DNA of 64,000 nucleotides from Octopus sinensis (GCF_006345805.1 NC_042997.1:83700001-83764000); one strand, 5' to 3'. Positions 48,601 to 62,061 are shown, counted from the first letter of the stretch. Notes: generated from the sequence alone by a model not told the origin. Translations and numbers: made by a program.

Positions 48601-49014
48601 AGAAGATCTACCAACAGACACATGTGACTGCATGAAATGTCAGCTCTAAAGAAACACTCACACAGAGTAGTATCAGTGCTAAGCAATGATGATAAATAAG
48701 CAATGATGATAAATAAACAAACTTCAGGTCAGTTAAAATATATTAGTGACATATCTTAACTGGTACTACTGTATTTATTGTTACTAGGTGGTCTGCAAGC
48801 ACAATCAGTCATTGATATTGACTGTTCTAAGATACAGTCATGACATTAGAATATGCCCATGTCTGTCTCTCTTTGGTATCACCTACTAAGGAAGGTTAAG
48901 GAGCCAAACATGTGTCTGGGAGTCCAATAGAAGTCACTGAGCAGATAAGTGAGAATTTTTTCCCTGCACTAACTGTAGCAATTTTGTCTTTAGAAGTTAA
49001 AATGTTATAATTAT

Positions 49015-49051
<37 letters not shown>

Positions 49052-49669
49052 AAACACAAATAGGCTGAGGTTCTTTACAGCTGTTTCAGATACATTTTTT
49101 TTATTGATGAACAAATCAATTACATCATGAAAAAAGACAGTTTTCTTCAGGTAACTTGAAATTAAAATCTAAAATTTAACATTTAAGATTTTGCATATAA
49201 AGAATGTATCTTGACTCTTCATCACCATGGCAATCAAGATACATATATATACTATAAAAAATAAAGTAAATCTTGAATGCAGTATAACAGAGAAAACATG
49301 TGTGCATGCTTTGCATTAAAAGAAGGAATAAAAACCAAAGTTTCTAACACTATTCAATCCATAATGTATACCACTTTTATATATTTGTGTGGACAAGTGT
49401 CCTTATCTAAATTTTTATGAAAATTACATAAGAAGACAAGATGTGACATAAGATTGTATTGGACCCTGACACATCATCTTCTCACTATCTGACTCAAATC
49501 CTAAACCCAAGAAAGATTGCTTTTGAAAATGTGTTTAAAATATAAGTATTTGTGTTTAGTTTAAATATTTTATTTCTGAATCATGACATCTCTAAACACC
49601 CAGAAACTCATTTACTACCCTCTTGAGAGTTCACAATATCCACAAAGGGTTGGAGTGCTACTGCCTAGT

Positions 49670-49915
49670 GGTAGGTATTAAGAAGGGCATCCAACAGTAA
49701 AAACCATGCCAAAACAGACCTCACCAGTGCTGGTGCTACATAAAAAGAACTCAGTCCACTCTAAGTTAGTTGGCATTAGGAAGGGCATACAGCTGTAAAA
49801 ACCATACCAAAGCAGACAGCGAAGCTTGGTGCAGTCTTCTGGCTTGTCAACTCCTGTTAAACCATCCAACCCATACCATAGAAAACAAACATTAAATGAT
49901 GATGATGATAATGAT
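49670..49915 (+). mobile_element. Family E element
   Basis: ttggcattaggaagggcatacagctg..cattaaatgatgatgatg. Confidence 0.8.
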
Positions 49916-50219
49916 GGTTGAGTTAGCCAGCATCCAGAATAGAAGATGGCAGCACCTTATTTAAAGAAAATTGCATTTTATGTATAAAAACACAAACAAT
50001 TAGTGTGTTAGAGAAGACATGGACAGATGAATCTGTAAGGAATGAAACAACTAGCCAAAAAATTTTTTGTTGGAATCCATTACCAGAAGTGTATGGTATC
50101 ATGGTATCTGTAAACAAACTGGCAGTGAACAGGTACAATAGGACAAATCACTATTATAATGTCAATGACAAAGTTTCAAATATTTTCACATAGAATTTTC
50201 AAAATTTCCATCTGTAAAG

Positions 50220-50600
50220 TGGTTGGTGTTCAGAAGGGCATCCAACTGTAGAAACCATGCCAAAACTGACATGGAACCTGAACAGCCCTTCAGCTGGTCA
50301 GCTCCTGTCAAACCATTCAACCCATGCCAGCATGGAAAACAGACATTAAATTACTGCCGTTTTAATGTCTACTTTTCCATGCTTATAAGAGTCAAGACAG
50401 TTTATTGAGGCACATTTTTTACAGTCGGATGCCCCCATCCCATTGCTAACCCTCACATGTTTCCAAACAAAGTAATATTTCCCCATGGCCAAACGTGTTT
50501 TCGCAAAATATTGCAAATAATTGACACTAATTGTGTGACAGTGACACTAATTTAAAACTACCCTGTTAAGACAAGGAAACATAAACACACACACACACAC
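50220..50600. mobile_element. Tail-to-tail family E (+) and family F (-) 3' ends
   Basis: Same arrangement as 21333-21700. Confidence 0.7.
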
Positions 50601-50645
50601 CCATGTACACACACAAATACATACATACATTCATATATATATATA

Positions 50646-51884
50646 TTAGGAGTGTTTGGAAAGTAATTACATTTTTTCACCACTATGAAACGTGAATCAA
50701 CGAATCACATCAGAGTCAAAGTTGAATGGGTGGGAACTGTCTAGAAATTGTATATCATCTCTTTTATCCAGCAGTGCGTCATTCATAATTATTTTGGTAA
50801 TTAACCCCATGGAGGATAAGAACTTTATGAAACAACACAGATTCCATTACTTACGGTATAAGTTTTAAAAGAAAAGTACCATTATTTGTGACGTGTATCT
50901 GGATGCAGTGATAGGTCGTACATGTCAACTGTGGCTTAAAAGGTTTAAAGATGATGATTGTAACATATCCAATAAGCCTCACTCTGGAAGATGACCCACT
51001 CTGAGTGATGACCTTTTGATTGAGACTATTGTATTGGATCCATGTTAAAGCACAACAGTTTTGGCACAAAAATTTAATGTGTCATATTCAACTATCCACG
51101 GACATCTCAAGCAAAATGGAAAAATATGCAAAGATGGAATTTGGGTGCTACATGAGCTTATGCTTGGGAACTGAACACAACATTCCACCATTGGCAGCAG
51201 TCTTCTAACCAGGAATAACAATGTATCAATTCTGCCGTGCATTGTTACAGGTGATCAAAAATAGGTTTTGCATCACAACAGAAAACGAATATAATGAGAG
51301 GTCAGTGTCAACACCAAAACCAGAACTCCATCCACAAAAATCCTTGCTCTGTGTTTGGTGGAACATGAAAGGTATCATCCATTATGAGCTACTGGAACAT
51401 CAGAGGACTATCAATGCAGATGTTTATTGCTAACAATTTGATCAAATGAATGAAAAATTATATTGAAAGAGGCCAGCTGTGGTAAACAGAAAAGGTGTTA
51501 TTCTCCAGCATGACAAGGCATGGCTACACTTTCAAAATAAACTCAAGAAAAAATAAGGTCATTAGGATGGGAAGTTCTTCCACATTCTCCATAGTTACCT
51601 GGCTTAGCACCTACAGATTTCCATATGTTTCGATCACTAGAACATTCTATAAGAGACAAAACGTTCAGAAACAGAGAGGAAGTTGAAAACAGTCTTTCAG
51701 ACATTTTTCTGGAAGAGAAATAGGTTTCTTTGAATGTAGCATAAAAAAGTTATTTTCCCATTGGGCTGCAGTTGGTGAAAATGATGGTGATTACATTCTT
51801 GATTAAAACTATTCAGATAAATGTAGTTTACATTCGTTTATATATCCTTTCTGGTGAAACACATTCATTTTTTGAACACCCTAA
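50646..51884 (+). pseudogene. Full-length (~1.24 kb) mariner transposon; transposase pseudogene from ATG 50809
   Basis: Imperfect TIRs ttaggagtgtttggaaag..tttcacca / tggtgaaac..gaacaccctaa; WVLHEL, TPKPELHPQKSLLCVWWNMKGIIHYELL, PHSP*LPGLAPTDFHMFRSL; stops and frameshifts. Confidence 0.92.
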
Positions 51885-51912
51885 CACACACACACACACA
51901 TATATATGTATA

Positions 51913-52120
51913 TCCTTTATCTTTTACTTATTTCAGTTATTTGACTGTGGCTGTGCTGGGGCACTGCCTTGAAGAATTTTTAGTCAAAGGAATCAACTCC
52001 AATCAACTTTGTTTTTTTTAAACCTGGTACTTATTCTCTCAATCTCTTTTGCTGAATCGCTAAGTTATGGGAACATAAACACACCAAGGTGCCATGCAGT
52101 AGGACTGAACCTGTAACCAT
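51913..52120 (-). mobile_element. SINE family A, deleted
   Basis: Family A motifs. Confidence 0.8.
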
Positions 52121-52869
52121 AAGTTGGATTTTCTAGGTAACAATGAAATCATCAAATAAAAAAACACAGGACTACTGGAAAAATTTCTTGGAAATTTCTT
52201 GGTGATAAACAGGAATGAAACCGAAAGGAGTAGAATCATTTCTCATCTATCAATTGCCACTAAATCCATAGCTTAACAGTGATTTATGAGCCAACTGCTA
52301 ATGAAAGGTTCACCTTTTTCTTTCTTTTCTTTTCTTTTTTCACTAAATAGAAATTAAAAATAATAATTAATAAATATATAAATGTTCATTTATACCAGTA
52401 ATGGTGCAGGTCTGTGAGCAAGAAAAGGCTGTTAGAGCACTGATAATCAATATGAAATGCATTGATTCTCTTTAGCCAATCTATTTTGATTAATAGCCAA
52501 TTAATTCTTTATTTGCTTTCAAACTAATCAGCTTTAATAGGTCCTAAAATGAGATATTTTAACGCACTCAAGCCATTTATTACATAAACTACAACCTGCA
52601 ACTGAATACTACATGATAATAGGTAAGTTTCATCATTATTTAGGTGACTTAATCAATACAATAAAAACAGCAATAGCAGATGATAACACACAGTTCAGAA
52701 ATGGCTGAAAATTGAGAATAGCTTTTGTTTTTGCTTTATATATTTTCTTGATAATAGTCATGTTTATAGTGATAGAAATATAAAGTCTCTTTAAGCTTAT
52801 GAAAGATGTGTTTCACAGGAAGTGTTCAAAGCATGATATACAAACATTGATGTAAAATATTTGAAACAG

Positions 52870-53297
52870 CAATGGTGTACTGCTTCCCAATCAAAAGGTT
52901 TTAGGTTCAGTCCCACTACATGGCACCTTGGGTATGTGTCTTCTACTATAACCCTAGGCCTTTGTGAATGGATGTGGTAGGCAGAAAGTGAAAGAAACTC
53001 GTCAAGCGTGCATGCATGTGTGTTTGTGTGTGCTTTGTTTTTCTGTTTCTTTACCATCACCACTTGACAACAACTAACTGTTGTTGGTTTGTTTACATCA
53101 CTGTAACTTAGTGGTTTGGCAAAACAGATTGATGAAATAAGTACCAGAATTTAAAATAAAACATCTTGGGGTTGATTTATTCAACTAAACCCTCCAATGT
53201 GGTGGGAGCAACTCTCCAGCTTGCTAGCTCTGGTCAAAATGTTCAACCATGCCAGCACGGAATATGGACATTAGAGGATGTTAATGATGATGATGAT
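52870..53297 (+). mobile_element. SINE family A plus family E tail
   Basis: ggttcagtcccactacatggcaccttggg..; ccatgccagcacggaatatggacatt..gatgatg. Confidence 0.8.
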
Positions 53298-53449
53298 GGA
53301 TGCAATTGACTCTCATGTATAGTATGTATTTCTTTGAGCTTCATTACTGGATACTAGTATAAGTGGTAGTATGTTAGCATATTAAGTAATATAGGTTTGA
53401 TTTCTAATTGAGTTTGTACTTCTTTTACTTCTCTTATTGCAATTTTTTT

Positions 53450-54610
53450 TGCACAGATAAACAGGAGAGGGATGGTCTTCACTGCCAACTTCTTCAAGAT
53501 ACATTACCAGAAAACTGAAGTCTGGTGGTGATAATTCAGGAATATATTACACGGTTACAAGGCATTTTCATTAATGAAAACAAATTTGACAAATGTATAC
53601 AGCTTTAAAAACACTATACTCTTTGACCTGTATCTAACAACTGAATAAGCTTGTGGATAATGAAACAACTTAGCACAAAAGCAGAACATTATAAAATCAA
53701 CAGTAAAAGGTTATAAATACATGATAAAATCAACTAAAGAATATATACACACCCTAAATACAACTAAATCAAAGCGTAAACTGGTATCCTTAGACAAAGA
53801 AGACCTCTTTACAAATATCTCTGCAGATTCCACAATAGACACTATTATCAAACAAATGTATGATAATTGTACAAGACTGAAACATCTGTTGATTGTACAA
53901 AATAGGCACACACACACACATGCAGACACATGATTGTCAAAAGTGAGTACCAAAGGAGAGCTATTCCATAAGCCAACTAACAAGCTCTATATTTAGACAA
54001 ATGGAATGTTTAGAGATTCTCCTTTGGGATCTTTATTCACTATCTTCTAAGTGGAAGACAAGGAGGAAATGAAGAGCAAAGCAATTCTAACTTAAAATCT
54101 GAAAATATACTGAAAGTATGTAAGATTAACAAGTTTGCTTATGTAACAAATATGAAACTTGACTGAAAAACATAGATTGAAAATAAAATGCTCTATTACA
54201 ATTCATGATTAGAAGCAAACAAGAAATTTCCAGTTTTAGATACAAGAATGAAAAAAAAAACAAAAAAACCAATAAACCCCATAAAAACATATTGGCATGG
54301 AAGCAGTTTTAGTTCAAATTAGCAATCTGTATATATACTTAAAGTACATATACTGTTGAAAGCATTCTAACCCATAGTTTCAACAGCATATATACTTTAA
54401 GTATGTATTCAGATTACTATATACATTTATACGTAACCAGAGTTTACATGGAAAATGAAAAAAAAAAAAAAAACTGCCTGTAACTACAGCAATCAACATG
54501 CAAATAACAGTTTCACATTTACATTAAAAATATCAATCCTAACATTTGCTCCTTAGAATAGCAGCATACCTAGCAAACACTAACCTATGACTGTAATCTC
54601 TACACAACAT
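53450..54610 (+). pseudogene. Penelope-like element reverse transcriptase relic
   Basis: IKSTKEYIHTLNTTKSKRKLVSLDKEDLFTNISADSTIDTII (PLE S.DV.SLFTNVP motif), TNGMFRDSPLGSLF (G..MGSPL), LKIY*KYV (decayed RYVDD), FPVLD (LPFLD). Confidence 0.8.
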
Positions 54611-54619
54611 AGGCAGTCT

Positions 54620-55790
54620 ACAGAAAATTTTTATAGTGCAGTTTTTTAATACTTCTTCTATTTTTCAATTCTAAGTTAAACAATGCTCTTTTTTAATCTA
54701 GAATATACTCTCCTTCATTTTCTACAATACTTTTCTATCCATCTGGTAGACTTGCAAATTTCACTTCCAAAATTCACTTGCCTGTGATAAAAAGTACTCC
54801 TCCAATATTGTTCTGACCTTGTCTACAGAAGTCAAATTTTTTCTGTCCAAATGATTTTGAAGATTGTGGAGTAAATGATAATCAAATGGGGCAATGTCTG
54901 GCGAATATAGTGGATGGGGCTTCATTTCCATTTCAAACTGTGCAATCTTTGGAATGAGCATTATCCTGTTAGGAAAACATCTTTCATCTTGAAACCAAAG
55001 ATAGTCATTTTACTTCTAGCACTGACTTAAGCTGCTGAAGCTACTCACAGTAGATCTTTGTTATCATTTGGTTTGGGTTTAAAAGTTCAAAGTGGACTAA
55101 ACCTCTCATATCCCACGAAACAGATAACACCTTATGTGGGTGAAGACCTTCTTTAGACTGGGGTACCTGTGTTTCTTCTTTCCCTACTCACTGTCTTTGG
55201 CACTTGACATTTTTATAGAGAACCCATTTCTTGTCACCAGTCACTATATGATCCAAAAAAGGTTCATTCACGAGACATGACAGCAAAGACGAGCACACAT
55301 TCACTCTCTGTGCATGATTAGACTCAGAAAGTTCATGAGGAACCCATTGACCCAACAAATCCAAACTTCTCTGCTAGTTCCTCAACAGTTATGATGGAAT
55401 TTTGTTTTACCAGGGTTTGCAGGATGTTCTCACTGAGCTCTACAGATCTTCCGAGAAGAGGCTCATCTTCTAGGCTGTAGTTTCTGGCTTGGAATTTCTG
55501 GAACCACTGTTGATACTGGCTTACACGCATTGTCCAGTCCCCATATATTGCATTAATATTCCTTGCACTTTCCCTTGTTGCCTTTATTGAACTCATAAAG
55601 CAAAATATGCCGAATATGCTTTTTTGTCATTTCCATTATAGCTGGTCTCATACCAAAATTTGAAACCAATATACACCAAGATAAAATTAGATAAAACTGA
55701 ATGGTTACACTAGTGTGTTGCATACTAAACAAGAATAGTTCAGGAATCACATATCGTGTAGCAAAACCATATAATTTTGCATATTTTCTT
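54620..55790 (-). pseudogene. Mariner transposon, decayed transposase
   Basis: MEMTKKHIRHILLYEFNKG, WFQKFQARNYSLEDEPLLGRSVEL, PHPLYSPDIAPFDYHLLHNLQNHL. Confidence 0.92.
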
Positions 55791-58267
55791 TGTAACACAT
55801 AATGAAAATATTGATTCCAGAATTCATTTTATTCATTGGAATTATTTTGGGACATATACTAATTCTGTTCTATATCTGGGACACATACTAATTCTTGAAT
55901 TGCGCTCGGTCAGTTATTAAATCTGTGATTTTATGTTTACACTAAAAGAACTATATCATGGGAATGTCATTGTTAGTGTTTTAAACATACATACAATGTT
56001 ATATTAATTTTCATTTGTTATCATTTTGTAATAATATATTATTAGGTTTCAAAACCTAATATCAGTAAACCCATCATACCTCTTTGATGAGTTCAATGAA
56101 ATACTAATTCACTCTCTTGGAGATACAGTTAAACAATGTGTCGGTGACCAGGTCATAAATGCATCATAGAGATATGGTGAAAGAAAGTATAAGTTGTAGA
56201 GGTACAACTTTGATGCACGATGATATATTATTATTACAAAATAATATTCAGTATAACCATTATATAATGTCCTAGCACCAATCTGCTTTGCTCCAGCTTT
56301 TCTAACTCAACTCTGTAATGGGAAGTTCTTCAAGGTGTATTTACAGAAGGGCATGAACACAACACTGTAAGAATCCATGACCTGGTTTTAATTTCAGAGT
56401 AGAATTATTTCAGTTAGTTTTGTTATCTAAACACAGTTCTACTGGAACTCCACCTTAAACATGTCAACAATGCCAGTGTGACATTAAACATTTGGCAGTT
56501 AGCCTGACACTTGTGGTTTTAGCACTCTACTTTTTCACTGTCGAAAAGACATGTAACTATTTTCAAAACAGTATTTTCAAAACTATTTTCAAAACAGTAA
56601 TGTCAGTTGTTTCTACAGTGAAGTAAAAAGAAAAAGAAAGAAAAAGAAAAAAAAATAGGGTTTAGGTTCTAAAACAGCTGGTATATTTTCCATTTCAGTT
56701 TTAGAAAACTAATCTTTCCCTGAAGATATTCTGATAAGCTGAAGGCATACTGAGTAATGATTGCTAAGACTTAAAGGGACCATTGAGAAGAATACTTCAA
56801 AACATGAAGCAATGAAGAAATTAATCACTTCTTGAACAGAATGTCTGTCTGTGACAGGTAAAATGTCCAGCTTATTTATTACTTTTTTCTATAAGTTAGG
56901 GAGTGTAATCAGAAAGAAGAGTACAGTAGTCTGTTTAGAAACACGACAAAATATCATGGTCCATGAGTATTTGATCTGCTTTGCTATCTTGCTTATGCAC
57001 TGGCTATTAAAGCAGTGAATTGGCAGAGAGGTTAGAGAGATGGATGGAATAGCCCATGATATTTCTTCCAACTCTGAACTCAGAGTTCAAATCCTGCTGA
57101 AGTCAACTTTGCCTTTCAACCATTTGGAATTGATAAAAACCAGTATAAAGTGGTGAATTGGCAGATCTGGTGAATTGGCACATCAAAAAAAATGTTTTAT
57201 ACTATCTCTTCTGGTTCTTTGAATTCTGATAGCAATGCCTAGCTATATTGCCCCAAGTTGGCTTCCTTTTCCTTGGATAAACATGGGCATCATGGAATGA
57301 GGAATCTTGTATGCATGGGAAGCTGCTAGTCTTCCTCAAGAGCTCTTGCTCAGTCTAATGAATACATGTGCAAATACATGGCCAACATTGGAAGACAGAG
57401 TTTCTATAAAACAAGACAGAGTGGCTGACAGATGAAGCTGCTTGACTATTGCATACATAACTCTGAGTTCAAATACTGTTACAAACTAAAATTTATTGTG
57501 TCTTTAAGCAAGACACATTATCTTAGCTACCCCATTTCAACTAGCTAACAATAGTGCATTGTTATAATACCTATTTATTTGGAAAAATATGACCCCTGCT
57601 GCCCTAAAATCCTTTGTTTTACAGTTTCAATATCATGTATATGATGATGAATTCCTTAACATGGTGGATCTTGGGGACAAGACTAAAGTTTATGTCTTCC
57701 TAACTGAGCAACTATGACTATCTCCTTTTTGAGACAGTTTATTTCAGGTTATGTCATCCCAAAACAGTAGGGTCTAATTCAATAGAGATCTGACAGTTAT
57801 TTTTAGCAGGTCTAGCAACCACAAAGAAGATATTTCATTATTTTCATGCAGTGTTTGGGCAAATCAACTGAGATTCCAGAATTCTTCTTACCCCAGCCTG
57901 CCTAACACAAAACTATTACACTCATGGAAAAATTTAAACAGAGCACTTCAAACCAATGAAACACTTTTCCATAAAATTACATAATGCTCCTACTGTTTTT
58001 TTAAAATTTCTTCTTGAAGTGAGCCTTATTTATCAACAGTACCTATTTACATTATTGAGGAATGGGCTATGAACACAAATAGCACTGGTGACCGGACAGA
58101 ACTGTTGATCCTTTGGTTCACAGTCTGAAATCCTATCAAACTGACCTGGCCATAGGCTGTGGCTACCTTGTTGAGTTGTACTGCTATAATGTGCATCCTT
58201 GTGTGGGCTAAACAAATGCAGCCCTTTCTCACACCAGCTGTCACCTCTCTGATGTAAATAGGACTGC

Positions 58268-58592
58268 CTTTGGTCATGAATAACCATGGGATTGCACCGA
58301 GAAAGTTACCCTCTGAGGCACAAGTCCAGGCAAGATTGTTTATGAAATACTAGCAGTTGCTCAAGCATACTAGCCTCTCCTCTCCACACCACCAATGTTA
58401 TCCAAGAGAAAGGCAAAGGCTGATACTGCTTGACACCAGTGATGTCACAACTCATTTCTACAACAAAATGAACTGGAGCAATGTGAAATAAAGTGTCCTG
58501 CTCAAGAACACAACACACAGCCCAGTCCAGGAATTGAACTTGCTACCTCATGATTGTGATCCTGATGCTCTAACCACTGAGCCATGCACCTT
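58268..58592 (-). mobile_element. tRNA-derived SINE family C
   Basis: Homologous to 2464-2800. Confidence 0.88.
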
Positions 58593-58738
58593 CACTTCTT
58601 TGATGTACTGCTAGGTAAAGGATGTAAGGGTTGAGAAGGGGATTGTGTACACTCATGACAACATGTATCTCTAAAGTGAGAGTAAATCACAGAATAGGAG
58701 AGACAATCTTTTCTGTTCTCAAGTCATATTTACTTGGG

Positions 58739-58783
<45 letters not shown>

Positions 58784-58788
58784 AGAGA

Positions 58789-58819
<31 letters not shown>

Positions 58820-59239
58820 GCAAGAATATCCTATTTAAATTTATTACTCACTGGGTCTTTATTAAAAAACGAAAAATGGTAACATTAAAAAAACTTCCAT
58901 GTGCTATTTTTGTTTGCTTTACTGCCTTCCCACCCTGTACAATGTTTGTGCAGTTGTTTCTGGAATCATTCATAGAGATCAATTGTCAAATAGACTTATA
59001 GCATTTCCTTGTCATATATAAATCCTTCTCCATCTGTCACATTCTTTTTTACTCTTGTTTTTCTTTTTTTAATTTCTTTTGGGCTGGGAACATGTAAAAG
59101 AACATTTAACTTAACATTCTCAATTATGCTAATGTTGCCAGCAGGCCTATTCATTAGTTGTGAGAACAAAATTCAATATCTAGTATTATAAGCAAAACTA
59201 TGTAAACGGATTTCTTGTTTGTTTCAATGATGAGTATTT

Positions 59240-59540
59240 AATTATCCAATCAGCTGAATTACCTGCTTAATAAATTGGCATGTGAGTGGCTCAGTATTCC
59301 ACAGACACACATACTCTTAATATAATCCTTTGACAGAATCAGTGTGATTCACAGCATGTGTGTGTGTGTGTGACAAGTCTACAATTACATGTACAATTTG
59401 CTGAACCAGTTTCACTTACAAGGCTTAGGTTGACATGAGATTAATGTAAAGAAACACTTGCTCAAGATGCCATGCAGTGTGAGATTGAACTTGGAACCAT
59501 TCAATTGCAAAGCACACTTCCTAACCATGTAGCCATTCTA
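59240..59540 (-). mobile_element. Decayed SINE pieces (family D tail, family A head)
   Basis: gagtggctcagtattccacagacac matches the reverse complement of 62277-62300; cacttgctcaagatgccatgcagtg. Confidence 0.6.
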
Positions 59541-60459
59541 CTTCCATCTCTGATATCAATGTTTCATCATTGGTTAGTTATTCTTTTTCTTTACCTACTT
59601 TGCTTACAGATAATAAAGAGATTAAACAATAACATTTTGACCTGATCACAATTTACTGCATCAATAGACTAGCCATATATCAGCCTTCACATGGTATGAG
59701 ATGGAAGGACTCAATTATTTCAAAGAGAACAGATCAAAACAATATAAAATTCTGAATTGTGAATTCTAACACAAACAGCAGATCACTGGAAATGATGGAA
59801 TACAATATTTAATTTAGTCCTGCTGCATCTAGTCTTCATAATTCTGCCAGAGTTAGCATTGCTTTTCATCCCTTTTATGGTATATGATAAAGTTTGCATA
59901 CTAGACATGTGTGGTGGTACATTCCAATTAACTACAGTCCTTCTCATTATTATTTTACATCTGGCATGTGTTAAATGAGTTGCCATGATCTGAGTAAATT
60001 CTTAGTAAGACTTACTGCTCTCCTAGATATGGCCAAGGGCCTTCATTTTGGTAGTTATGTCAGTTGCATGACCTTTCTAATACCAGCCACTTTATACAGT
60101 GTGCTGAGTAAATTTTTATAGTGGAACAAACCCTAGAAAAATTGTCATGTCTTTGAGAAGACAAGAGTAGCAGGTTTTATCTGCCTTGTGATGCATCTCT
60201 TCATTCATCAACCATTTTGCAAAGTATACAGGGTTTATTTTATTGTGGAACTAGTACTAGAGGTCATCGGGCACTTGGTGAGATTAAGGGTGCTCTTGAA
60301 TGTTCCAGAACCTATGATATCCCAGCGTATTTACTAACAATGTTTACATGCATTTTATTGTGAAACCAGCATTAGTGAGGTTGTCTAACCTGCAGGATGG
60401 AAGACGACTGGTCCTGGGTGAGTGTAAGAAATCCTTATTGAGAGAGAGAGAGAAATGGA

Positions 60460-60705
60460 ATTGACAAAAAAAATTATCAAATGGACTAAATGGCTGCTAC
60501 ACAAAGATGCTACAAATGGCCGTAAATATGAATCAACAGCAACATATGACAAACGAATGCCTCTATGGAGGCCTACCAAAAGTTAGTGAGAATATCAGGC
60601 AAAGACAGCTGCAACTATGTGGTCCCTGTGTGTACCACCCTGAACTGGAAGCATCCAAATTAGTCTTGTGCATAAACTAGCATTGCAAGCAGAGTTGGTA
60701 TAGAA
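60460..60705 (+). mobile_element. RTE/RTE-X LINE C-terminal relic
   Basis: LNGCYTKMLQMAVNMNQQQHMTNECLYGGLPKVSENIRQRQLQLCGPCVYHPELEASKLVL, following the LDG.YTRMLR..W..H.TN..LYG.LP..R.RRL..AGHC pattern. Confidence 0.85.
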
Positions 60706-60919
60706 ACAGTTGTAACTGATTGTTGAAGTATTTATTTGTCTTATTATTTGGATCATATTTTACCCTTTACTAAACCCACACAACAGTTTTACCATGGTGA
60801 AACCAGAATTTTCTACACCTGAAAAAGTTTGGTATTAGCCTGGAATTCAACAAAATATCCTATCTTTATACCCTACCAGAGCCTTAGATATTTATTTCTC
60901 TCTCTCTCCACATATATAT

Positions 60920-61296
60920 CAAACCTAATCAAAATAGATGAACATCAATGGAATTTGTACCTTTGTGGAACCAGTGCCGGTGGCACACAAGAAAACCATC
61001 CGAACGTGGCCGTAGCCAGTACTGCATCGACTGGCCTCCGTGCTGTGGGCACGTAACAAGCACCATCCGATCATGGCCGTTCGCCAGCCTCATCTGGCAC
61101 CTGTGTCGGTGGCACATAAAATCACCCACTACACTCTCGGAGTGGTTGGCGTTAGGAAGGGCATCCAGCTGTAGAAACACTGCCAGATCTGACTGGCCTG
61201 GTGCAGCCTTCGGGCTCCCCAGACTCCAGTTGAACCGTCCAACCCATGCTAGCATGGAAAGCGGACGTTAAATGAGGATGATGATGATGATGATGA
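60920..61296 (+). mobile_element. Young family E element (RTE-type 3'UTR) with three internal repeats and (GAT)n tail
   Basis: CpG-rich; ggagtggttggcgttaggaagggcatccagctg..gcggacgttaaatgaggatgatg. Confidence 0.88.
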
Positions 61297-61319
61297 TATA
61301 TATATGTACATACATGATG

Positions 61320-61450
61320 AACAGTTTCCATGTACCAAATTCACTCAGAAGGCATTGGTTGGCCTGAGGCTATAGTAAAAGGCACTTGGCCAAGGTAACA
61401 TAGTGGCTGAACCTAAAACCATGCAAGCTTCTTAACCACAGAGCCATGTC
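61320..61450 (-). mobile_element. SINE family A, 5' part
   Basis: accaaattcactcagaaggcattggttggcctgaggctatag. Confidence 0.75.
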
Positions 61451-61938
61451 TATACCAATCATGTTTTTTTCTTTAAAAAAAGAGGTAAAAATTACTATAT
61501 CATATCTCAAAACTGGTGCATCTCAGTATTTCTCTATCTCAATGCCAAAAAACTATCTATAACAACAACAACAACATAAACTACACAACTTTTCAGCTGA
61601 GTGGATGACACCTTATCCAATCAGACACTGAATATCCTTGATAATCCTCTGAGCCATCACATATATCTATTCTGTCAAGTCTTGTTGGGAATTTGCTACT
61701 CTTTCTATGCATGTAGTAGCTGTCAGTACTCATTATGGGTTATCAAATGTAATAATTCTGATGATAAATCCTCTCTGTGAAAGTGAAGGTGATGAGGCAG
61801 AAAGAATACAAGGAAAGAAAAGAAAAGAAAAAAGGGAGCTATATTAGTTTACAGTGAAGACAAGAAATATTTAATGTTTTGGTTAGTATTCTTCATTTTC
61901 AGATTTTTTCTTTCTACAGCAGATTAACATAATTCTTC

Positions 61939-61969
<31 letters not shown>

Positions 61970-62061
61970 TATATATACACACACACACACACACGCACAT
62001 ATATATATACACATATATATATTTACATATAGATGTGTATACACATACACACATATATGAA

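Noticed and set aside
49205-49243. 10-bp hairpin tgtatcttga/tcaagataca with gtgatga on the minus strand
   Set aside because: No hammerhead core geometry; short AT-rich stem expected by chance.
58047-58277. ORF with AGVRKGCI and SVRSPVLF, faintly RT-like
   Set aside because: Motif order and spacing are inconsistent; cannot be assigned without a search.
61758-61790. CTGATGA..GAAA motif
   Set aside because: No stem II or stem III pairing and no cleavage triplet.
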